From positions 96,001 through 160,000 of the forward strand of contig CAXBMO010000012.1 in NCBI GenBank assembly GCA_963977015.1: DNA of 64,000 nt. Reading direction: 5' to 3'. Below the pieces are notes generated by a model. The model worked only from the letters and a program-made list of their open reading frames with translations, was not told the origin of the DNA and did no database searches. Shown here one piece after another: positions 53,793-62,600 of this stretch (positions are counted from its first letter, which is position 1; each line of letters opens with the position of its first letter). A program made the translations under genes and the position numbers. Origin of the DNA: an uncultured bacterium (lineage in GTDB: Bacteria; Verrucomicrobiota; Verrucomicrobiia; Verrucomicrobiales; DEV007).

Positions 53793-54368
53793 TCATCCGC
53801 GATAGACGTCGAAGTCGTCTTCGGCCTCAAGCCGGTCGGTCTTGAAACGGTAGATCGAGGTGACCATGGCGGGGGAGGCGGTTCGCTCGAACCACGATGC
53901 CGAGCACCAGGGGTATTGATTCGCGACCGGAACGAGTTCGTGTTTCACGGCGTTGTGATGCACGTAGTTGAGCCGGGCGAGGTAGGAGCGCTGCCGGGTG
54001 AGCCGCAACTCCCAGTAGTTGTGCCAGACCTGGCGACCCGGGGTGTCATCCAGCAGGTTCATCGCTTCCGCGGTGCCCGAATGGAGTTGCCCGAGGAACG
54101 TTGGGAGCGATTCAGCGCCGGATTCCGCCTTCGGCGAGTGCGCCACAAAGTGGTAGTGGTTGGAAAAGACAGCCCACGCTTCCAGTTGCCAGCCAAAGTG
54201 GCTCGCCTTCTCCAGCAAGGCATGGTGGAGGATGCGCAGGCGCTTCCGGCTGCGAAAAACATGGGTATGGTTGAGGGTCGCGGCCGTGATGTAGTAGGTG
54301 CCCGCTTCCTGAAGCACATGAAGCGGCGCATGAGGCCAGGGCAGCGTTTCTGATTCCTCCTCCGGCAT
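53793..54368 (-). mobile_element. REP-associated tyrosine transposase (RAYT), copy 2
   Basis: WPHAPLH, YYIT, SNHYHFVAHSP, VWHNYW, RSYLARLNYVHHNAVKH, YPWCSA; REPIN directly downstream. Confidence 0.88.
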
Positions 54369-54453
54369 GGGGAAGGGTGGGGAGGTGATTCAGGGTTGTC
54401 AATCCGCGCATTGACAGGCCTCATCCAAAACGCTCAGATAGGTCACCCCACCG

Positions 54454-55887
54454 ATGATCAAAACCCTCTCCTTCTTTCTGCTGCTCTGTGGCTGCAGTCT
54501 TGTCTCTGCCAATGACGAACGCCTGAATGTTGTCTGGATCATTTCCGATGATCTGGGGCCTGAGTTGGGCTGTTACGGGTATCCGGAGGTTGCGACTCCC
54601 AATCTGGATCGGCTTGCCGCGGAGGGAACTCGCTTCACCCGTGCGTTTTCGACGGCGCCGGTGTGTTCCTCTTCGCGAACCGCGTTTCAGACGGGGCAGT
54701 ATCAAACGACGGTGGGTGGGCATCATCACAATACCCGCGACAAGCGGGAACTCCCTGACGCGTATTCGACGATCACGGAGGTGATGCAGGACGGCGGATA
54801 TTTTGTGAGCAATGGGAGAGGGCTGGCGACGCCGGACAAGAAGCTCGCCAAATCCCACTTCAATTTCGTGTATGATGCGCGGGAGTTTTTTGATGGCGCG
54901 GATTGGACGCAGCGAGCCGAGGGACAGCCGTTTTTCGCCCAGGTTCAGATCAAGGAACCGCATCGGCCGTTTGTGAAAGACAGTCGACCTCGCCCGGATG
55001 CGCCGATTCCTCCGTATTACCCGGAACATCCGGTGACCCGCGCGGATTGGGCGAATTATCTGGCCAGCATCGAGGTGCTGGATCGAAAGGTCGGGGCGGT
55101 GTTGGACCGGCTCGATGCCGAAGGATTGGCGGAGAACACGTTGGTGATCTTTTTTGGCGATCACGGCCGTCCGCATGTTCGCGGGAAACAGTGGCTTTAC
55201 GATGGCGGGCTCCACACGCCGTTGATCATGCGTTGGCCGGGAACAATTAAGGCGGGCCAGGTGGATGACCGCTTGGTTTCGTTGATCGATCTGATGCCGA
55301 CGACGATAGCGGCGACCGGTGTCGAGGCGATGGAGTTACCCGGAGGTGATCTGCTCGATCCGGAATGGGGCGGTCACGAAATGCTGTTCGCGGCGCGCGA
55401 TCGTTGTGGTGACGCTGCGGACCGGATTCGTTCGGTCAGGACGAGCGAGTTCAAATACATTCGCAACTTCCATCCCGAGCTTCCCTATCTTCAGCACAGC
55501 GGTTACAAAAAGCTCTCGTATCCGACGGAGACGGTGATGAAGCAGTTGCATGCCGAAGGCAAATGGGACTCGCCGTTCATGGCGCAAACGCGCCCGAAAG
55601 AGGAACTCTACGATCTGACGCGCGATCCGCATGAAATGACGAATTTGGCTGAGGATCCGAAGTATGCGGAGCAGTTGGCGGCGTTGCGCGATGCGGTGAA
55701 TCAGTGGATCGAAGCTTCCGGTGACATGGGGCGAATCGATGAGCGCGAGACGGTGAATCTGGAAGGCGTCATGGCCGAGAAATGGCAGTGGTATGAAAAA
55801 TCGATGCGGAAACGGGGGCTGGATCCCGATGCGTCCGATGCCGAATATTTGAAATGGTGGGAACGCGAATTGGGTGTCGCTCCGTGA
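54454..55887 (+). CDS. Sulfatase (S1, CSSSR variant)
   Basis: NVVWIISDDLG, PVCSSSRT, FGDHG, EELYDL..DPHE. Confidence 0.9.
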   Translation: MIKTLSFFLLLCGCSLVSANDERLNVVWIISDDLGPELGCYGYPEVATPNLDRLAAEGTRFTRAFSTAPVCSSSRTAFQTGQYQTTVGGHHHNTRDKRELPDAYSTITEVMQDGGYFVSNGRGLATPDKKLAKSHFNFVYDAREFFDGADWTQRAEGQPFFAQVQIKEPHRPFVKDSRPRPDAPIPPYYPEHPVTRADWANYLASIEVLDRKVGAVLDRLDAEGLAENTLVIFFGDHGRPHVRGKQWLYDGGLHTPLIMRWPGTIKAGQVDDRLVSLIDLMPTTIAATGVEAMELPGGDLLDPEWGGHEMLFAARDRCGDAADRIRSVRTSEFKYIRNFHPELPYLQHSGYKKLSYPTETVMKQLHAEGKWDSPFMAQTRPKEELYDLTRDPHEMTNLAEDPKYAEQLAALRDAVNQWIEASGDMGRIDERETVNLEGVMAEKWQWYEKSMRKRGLDPDASDAEYLKWWERELGVAP

Positions 55888-55955
55888 GCGGCTCCCCAGG
55901 ACAACTCGAACGAAATTTCTCGCGCAAACCCCATCGCTCTAGCAAACTCCCTTTT

Positions 55956-57515
55956 ATGAAAAACCTCCTCCTGTTTCTTCTCCTCGCAACATTGGCCAAT
56001 TGGGCCGTTGCCGGTGACGCCAAGGGTTCTCGCCCCAACATCGTCTTCATTCTGTCCGATGACATGGGCTGGGGGCAACCCGGGTTTCATGGGGGAAACC
56101 CGGAGCTGACTCCGAACCTGGATGCGCTGGCGGGTGAGGGGATGCGGCTGAACGAGTATTATACCCACAGCGTGTGCGCGCCAACGCGAGCCGCGTTCTT
56201 GACGGGGCGCTACGCGTTTCGAACCTGGAGTGATTGGCGGTCCGAGGATTTTGGGAAGCCGAGTTATTTGGCGAAGCTGGGGCTCGAGTTGGCGCATAAC
56301 GAGCGCGGAGAGCCGACCCGCCGGATTCACGCGCTGGATACGGAGGAACGCACCGTCGCGGAGGCGCTCCAGGATGCCGGGTATTTCACCTCGCTCATCG
56401 GCAAGTGGCACCTGGGCGAGTGGCTTCCCGAGCACCTCCCGATGGGGCAGGGGTTTGAGCATCAATACGGGCACTACGCGTGGGGAATCGATTACTACAA
56501 CAAGACGATTGTCCACAATGCGCCGGCCCGATTTGCGGTTTACGACTGGCATCGCAACCAGAAACCGATTCAGGAGGACGGGTATGCGACGGACCTGATC
56601 GCGGCGGAAACCGAGCGCGTGATTACGGCGCGGAAGGACGACGATCGTCCGTTCTTCATCTACGTTGCGTTTAACGCGGTTCATGGGCCGCTGAATCCGC
56701 CGCCGGGATTTGCGGGTGACGCGGATGATCCGCTCGCGATTCGCGATGCGATGCTGGCGAGCCTCGATCAGGCGGTTGGCCGGATCAAACGTGCGGTGGA
56801 TGACAACGGGTTTCGCGACAACACGCTCTTCATCTTTTCCAATGACAACGGGCCCGTGCTTGAGGAGATGAGCAAGCCGTTCCGGGGAACGAAGAACACC
56901 ACGTTCGAAGGCGGGGTTCGGCAGCCGGCGATACTTCGGTGGCCGGGATACGTCGAGGCCGGAAGCGCCAAGGATGGGCTCGTGTTCATCACGGATTTTT
57001 TCCCGACGTTCATCACCCTGGCCGAAGGATCACACGAGCAGGAACGGGCGATTGACGGAATCGACATGACCGAAATGCTGTTCGGTGGCGCCAAGAGCGA
57101 GCGGACCGAGATCGTTTATGACGTTGCCGGTAGTGTGCGGCTTCCCACGATTCGGCAGGGCGATTTCAAACTGATGGGCGACGTGCTCTACAATGTCGCG
57201 GCTGATCCCGGTGAGCAGACCGACGTGGCCAAGCAACACCCGGAGTTGGTCCAGAAACTCAAGGCGCGAATCGATGCGGTTGGGAACGAGCGTCCGCCGC
57301 TTGGAGATAAGCCGCTCTTGATGGATCCGCCCTTGCCTTATGTCTATGGGCTGGAAGAACAGGCGGACGTTCCAGCCTGGTTGGTCGAAGCCGTGGACGC
57401 CATCCGCGCAACTCAGCCGCAGGAATGGGCACCCGGAGAGACCCCCTGGCCCAAGGCACCACAGGGAGCGAGTGCGAGCAAGATGGATGGATTGCGCGAC
57501 GAGGTGACCAAGTAG
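55956..57515 (+). CDS. Arylsulfatase (S1)
   Basis: Signal peptide; PNIVFILSDDMG, CAPTRA, GKWHLG, FSNDNG. Confidence 0.92.
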   Translation: MKNLLLFLLLATLANWAVAGDAKGSRPNIVFILSDDMGWGQPGFHGGNPELTPNLDALAGEGMRLNEYYTHSVCAPTRAAFLTGRYAFRTWSDWRSEDFGKPSYLAKLGLELAHNERGEPTRRIHALDTEERTVAEALQDAGYFTSLIGKWHLGEWLPEHLPMGQGFEHQYGHYAWGIDYYNKTIVHNAPARFAVYDWHRNQKPIQEDGYATDLIAAETERVITARKDDDRPFFIYVAFNAVHGPLNPPPGFAGDADDPLAIRDAMLASLDQAVGRIKRAVDDNGFRDNTLFIFSNDNGPVLEEMSKPFRGTKNTTFEGGVRQPAILRWPGYVEAGSAKDGLVFITDFFPTFITLAEGSHEQERAIDGIDMTEMLFGGAKSERTEIVYDVAGSVRLPTIRQGDFKLMGDVLYNVAADPGEQTDVAKQHPELVQKLKARIDAVGNERPPLGDKPLLMDPPLPYVYGLEEQADVPAWLVEAVDAIRATQPQEWAPGETPWPKAPQGASASKMDGLRDEVTK

Positions 57516-57526
57516 GCAACGAAGCC

Positions 57527-58387
57527 TCAGCGGTTCATGACCTCGATCTGTTGAATACCGGTCCAGGTTTCGCCGGGCGCCAGCGTGCGTCGGGATTCCA
57601 CTTGAGCGGGCTCGATGCAGACGAAGCGTCGCCAGTCATCCGTCGGCATGTCGCCGATTCCATGTTCCGGGCCGGGATTCCAGACGACGAGGTCGGGGAA
57701 GTGCTCCGACGTGATGCGGAGGTTCACGGCTTCGTCCGCGAGAATTACTTCTTGGGAGCCGGCACCGAAATACCCCCGGTCGATTTCCTCGCCGAACGTG
57801 ATTTCGGCCTTGGGATCCGTTTCACGTTGCTTCGTTACCTCGTTGACGAATTCCCGTCCAGCCAAGCCGCGAACGACGGAGGTTTCCACGTTGCTGACTT
57901 GAAGGTAGGTATGTAGCGCGGCGTGAAACTCGAACGATTTCGAACCGAGATTCTGCACGGTCATCTGAATCTGAAGGTCGGAATTCCCCAGCACGACACC
58001 GATCTCAAGCGCAGTTTCGTAGGGCCACTCCGGTTGGCTGGAGGTCGTCGTCTGCAACTTCAGGGTTCCGCTCTCCAAATTGGCTTCCCACTCCGCCTTG
58101 CGGGCAAAACCGTGACGCCCGAGCGGGCCGTGATCGCTGAATTGGGGGAAAATCACCGGGACTCCGCCTCGGATCGCTTTTCCGGTTCCGTAGTCGGCCG
58201 TTTCGCTGAGATAAAGGCGTTCCTGACCGTCCGCCGTTTTCCACGAAATCAGATGCCCGCCGTGTTGCGCAAAGGTCGCCTCAGCGCCGGATTCGTGCGT
58301 CAACTGATAGCACGCGATTCCTTGAGGACCGGACGTCGGGGAAAGCTGATGAGCAGGCGGGTTTTCGGGAGAGAGATTCGTGTCCAT
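57527..58387 (-). CDS. D-hexose-6-phosphate mutarotase (YeaD-like)
   Basis: AIRGGVPVIFPQF, HGFAR, ALHTYL, VVWNPG, FVCIE. Confidence 0.9.
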   Translation of the reverse strand: MDTNLSPENPPAHQLSPTSGPQGIACYQLTHESGAEATFAQHGGHLISWKTADGQERLYLSETADYGTGKAIRGGVPVIFPQFSDHGPLGRHGFARKAEWEANLESGTLKLQTTTSSQPEWPYETALEIGVVLGNSDLQIQMTVQNLGSKSFEFHAALHTYLQVSNVETSVVRGLAGREFVNEVTKQRETDPKAEITFGEEIDRGYFGAGSQEVILADEAVNLRITSEHFPDLVVWNPGPEHGIGDMPTDDWRRFVCIEPAQVESRRTLAPGETWTGIQQIEVMNR

Positions 58388-58471
58388 GGCCAGATAATCA
58401 TAAAAATGGACTAGCTGACCCTAGAATCCAGACTTTTTCTCGGGTCAAGTTGGGCTCAAGATTGCTCTGCC

Positions 58472-59611
58472 ATGACAACCCCACTTGCAAAACCCCGCAT
58501 CGCCATCATCGGCCTCGGCTTCGGAGCCGAATTCATCCCGATCTACCAACGCCATCCGAATGCCGAAATTACCGCCGTTTGTCAGCGCAACCCGGATTCC
58601 CTCAAGGAGATCGCCGACAAGTTTGGCGTCGAAAGGCGCTTCACGGATTACGATGAGCTTCTCGCCGATCCCGAGATCGACGCCGTTCATATCAACACGC
58701 CGATTCCGGATCATGCGGAACACACGCTCAAGGCAATGCGGGCGGGCAAGCACGTCGCCTGCACCGTTCCGATGGCGACGAGCGAGGCAGACTGCAAGGC
58801 GATCGTCGAGTTGAGCGCCGAAACGGGGCTGCGCTACATGATGATGGAGACGGTCGTTTACGCGCGCGAATTCCTCTACATGAAGGAGCTTTTCGATACC
58901 GGTGAACTCGGGAAGCTGCAGTTTCTCAAGGCGAGTCATCAGCAGGACATGGATGGTTGGCCCGGATATTGGCCCGGCCTTCCTCCGATGCATTACGCGA
59001 CCCATTGCGTTGGTCCAGTGTTGGGTCTCGCCCGCAACGAGGCGGAATACGTGAGTTGTTTTCCGAGCGGCACGATTCGGGAGGAGATGCATGGATGCTA
59101 CGGTTCGCCGTTCGCGGTGGAGACGACCCATATCAAATTTGCGGACAGCGACCTCAGCGCGCAGGTTTATCGTTCGCTCTTTGATGTCGCTCGCCAGTAT
59201 CGCGAGAGCTTCGAGGTCTACGGTTCAAAGAAGGCGGTTGAATGGCCGTTGATCGAGGGAGAGCCGCTGGTGGTTCATACCGCGAAAAAGCCTGAGCCTG
59301 AGATTCCCGAGAAGCAGGAGTGTCCGGACTACGGCCATCTTCTGCCGGACGAAATTGCGCCGTTTACCCAGGGCGGCGTTTATGGTGGTGAGGAAGGGGA
59401 AGAGCACCTCAGCTTTACCCAGGGGGCCGGGCATGGCGGATCTCACCCGCATCTCGTTCATCAATTCGTCGAGCTTTTGCGGGGAACTGGTGAAGGGTAT
59501 CCGAATGCGGTGCAATCCGCGAACATCACCCTCACCGGCATTCTTTCCCATGAAAGCGCGCTCGAGGGTGGTGCGCTGAAGCGACTCCCGAAGTGGAGCC
59601 TTTCCTCCTGA
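58472..59611 (+). CDS. Gfo/Idh/MocA family oxidoreductase
   Basis: IIGLGFG Rossmann motif, INTP..DH, GKHVACTVPM (variant of EKP), HGGSH. Confidence 0.88.
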   Translation: MTTPLAKPRIAIIGLGFGAEFIPIYQRHPNAEITAVCQRNPDSLKEIADKFGVERRFTDYDELLADPEIDAVHINTPIPDHAEHTLKAMRAGKHVACTVPMATSEADCKAIVELSAETGLRYMMMETVVYAREFLYMKELFDTGELGKLQFLKASHQQDMDGWPGYWPGLPPMHYATHCVGPVLGLARNEAEYVSCFPSGTIREEMHGCYGSPFAVETTHIKFADSDLSAQVYRSLFDVARQYRESFEVYGSKKAVEWPLIEGEPLVVHTAKKPEPEIPEKQECPDYGHLLPDEIAPFTQGGVYGGEEGEEHLSFTQGAGHGGSHPHLVHQFVELLRGTGEGYPNAVQSANITLTGILSHESALEGGALKRLPKWSLSS

Positions 59612-59639
59612 GTTTCCCCATTCTGACCCCTGTAGAGAA

Positions 59640-62600
59640 ATGAAAACCCCCTTCATTGTCCTCCTGGCGATCCCTTCGCTCCTGGTTGCCGAAAGTTCGT
59701 GGAAAACCACGCCCTTGATCGGCGACTTCCATGCGGAAGGTGCGGGAGTCGGTGACATCAACGGGGATGGCAACCCTGACATCGCCTACGGTCCGTTCTG
59801 GTTCGCTGGCCCGGATTTCTCGAAACAGAATCGCTTTGCGGATGGAGATCCTTTCGATGGCGGAACCGGGTATTCCGACAATTTTTTCAGCTTTGTCAGG
59901 GATTTCAACGGCGATGGGAAGAACGACATTCTCGTGTTCGGATTTCCCGGAAAGTCAGCGCGGCTTTATCTGAACAGCGCTGCGGAACGTTGGGAAATGA
60001 TCGAAGTCGCCGATCAGGTTGCGAATGAATCTCCCCATCTCATCGATCTGATTCCGGGAGGGGTTCCCGAAATCGTGTGTGCCCGCAGCAAGACCTACGG
60101 CTATTACGAGGCGGGTGAGGATGCGACGAAACCCTGGACCTGGCACACGGTCTCCGGTCCCAACGAAGCGGCGACGCCGTTTGGTCATGGACTTGGGGTT
60201 GGCGATATCAACGGGGACGGGCGGGCGGACGTCGTCGAACGGATGCACTGGTATGAGCAACCGGCCAATCCCGGCGATGGCCCGTGGAAGAAACACAACT
60301 GGGCCATGGTTCCCTACGGCGGCGGTGGCGCGCAAATGCTGGTTGATGATGTTGATGGCGATGGCGACAACGACATCATCACCTCCCTGAATGCGCACGC
60401 CTATGGAATTGCCTGGTTCGAGCAGGTGTCGCCGGGCAAGTTTGCGCGTCACAACATCGTTGGGCAAACCTCGACCGAGAATCGGCATGGTGTTGCGTTT
60501 TCCCAACCCCATGCGCTCGCCCTGGCCGACATGGACGGCGATGGCCGGAACGATTTTGTGACCGGGAAACGCTACTTTGCGCACAAGGGCCGGGATCCGG
60601 GAGGATTGCAGGATGCGGTGCTTTACTGGTTTCGGAACACCGTTCGTGGCGGCGAGATTGAGTTTGTGCCTCACCTGGTCGATGATGACTCCGGCGTTGG
60701 AGTCGAGGTGAAGGTGGTGGATCTGAATGGGGACGAGAGGCCTGACATTGTCACCAGCAGCAAGAAGGGGCTGATCGTTCATACGCAGACCGGGGCGGGG
60801 CATGCGGCGATGGAGTCCTGGAAGGAGGAGTCGCGCAGAACCCAGGATACCTACGGAACGAAACTTTCGCCCGAAGCGGCTCGGGATCAGACGGATGTTC
60901 CCGATGGCTTCTCGCTCGATCTGATTGCGGCGGAACCGAACGTCACCCAGCCGATTGCGATGACGTTCGACGCCCGTGGCCGCATCTGGGTGATTGAAGG
61001 TCACACGTATCCGCAACGGGCTCCCGAAGGGGAGGGGCGGGACCGCATCATCATTCTGGAAGACCGCAATGCGGACGGCAGCTTTGAAACGAGGAAGGTT
61101 TTTGCCGAGAACCTCAACCTTGCGAGCGGGATTGAGATTGGGTTCGGGGGCGTCTATGTCGGCGCGGCGCCCTATTTGCTTTTCTTTCCCGACAAGAATC
61201 AGGACGATGTGCCTGACGGAGAACCTGAGATCCTCCTCGACGGCTGGGGATATCAGGATACCCACGAAACGCTCAATGCCTTCACCTGGGGGCCGGATGG
61301 TTGGCTTTATGGATGTCACGGCGTTTTCACCCATTCCAAAGTCGGCAAGCCGGGAACTCCCAATGATGAACGGACGCGGATCAATGCCGGAGTCTGGCGG
61401 TTTCATCCCGTCAGCAGGCAGTTCGAAGTTTACGCGCATGGCACGAGCAATCCCTGGGGCGTCGACTTCAATGAATACGGCGACTGGTTTGTCAGCGCCT
61501 GTGTCATCCCGCATTTCTATCATCTCAGTCACGGAGGGCGTTACCAGAGACAGGCGGGACAGCATTTTGATCCGTTCACGTTTGATGACATCAAGACGAT
61601 CGCAGACCACGTGCACTACCTCGGAAATATTCGGGCGCTCAAGGATGTCCGCGGGGGCCGCCTTTCGGAAGAGCAGGCCGATACGGCCGCGTTGGGTGGT
61701 GGCCATGCCCACTGTGGGCTGGCGATCTACGATGCGCCCGAGTTTCCCGCAGCGTTCCGTGGTGAAGCGTTTTTTCACAATCTTCACGGGCATCGCCTGG
61801 TCCGGGAACAACTGGGTCACGACGGTTCGGGGTATCTCGCCAGGCATCGTCCGGATTTTGTGCTGACCAACAATCATGACTTTGTCGGCGTGGGCGTGAT
61901 GCAGGGGCCGGACGGCGCGCTGTATTATTCGGACTGGGTCGATCCACAAACCTGTCATCACCGGGATGTCGAAGTTTGGGATCGGGCGAATGGGCGCATT
62001 TTTCGGGTTCGATACGGCGAGGCGAAAACGACGGTCACCAACCTGCTGGTCCAGTCCGACGTGGAATTGGTGGCGACATTGGGGCATGCGAACTCGTTTT
62101 TCGCGCGCCAGGCCCAGCGTCTGCTTCAAGAGCGGGCGGCCGCCGGGACTTTGGATGGGGAAGCGGTCGATTTGGCCCTGACACAGTTCGAAAGCCGTCA
62201 CTCGGGCGATGTCCCGATGCGCCTGCGGGCGTTGTGGGCCCGCCACGTCACCGGCCTGCTCAGCGGGGAGCTCCTGATGGCGGCGCTTGCCGACCCGAGC
62301 GAACATGTTCGCGGCTGGGCCGTGCAGTTGGCTCAGCCCAACACAGCGATTCTCACTCAACTCGCCACCCTGGCGAAGCATGATGATTCATTGATCGTGC
62401 GCCGTTATCTTGCATCCAAACTGCAGTTCCTGCCGCTCGATGATCGTTGGGACATCGCCCGGGGCCTCATCGCGCATTCCCGCAGTCAATTTGATCGCAA
62501 TATTCCGTTTCTCGCCTGGTACGGAATTGCGCCGCTGGTCGAGGCGGACCCTGCCAGCGCGCTTCAACTGGTTGGTCAGACCCCGTGGCCGCAGCTCAAG

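Noticed and set aside
50363-53830. 1155-aa minus-strand ORF suggesting a giant sulfatase fusion
   Set aside because: Its first ~675 codons are the antisense shadow of the plus-strand sulfatase and the REPIN; the real gene begins at the signal peptide at 51805.
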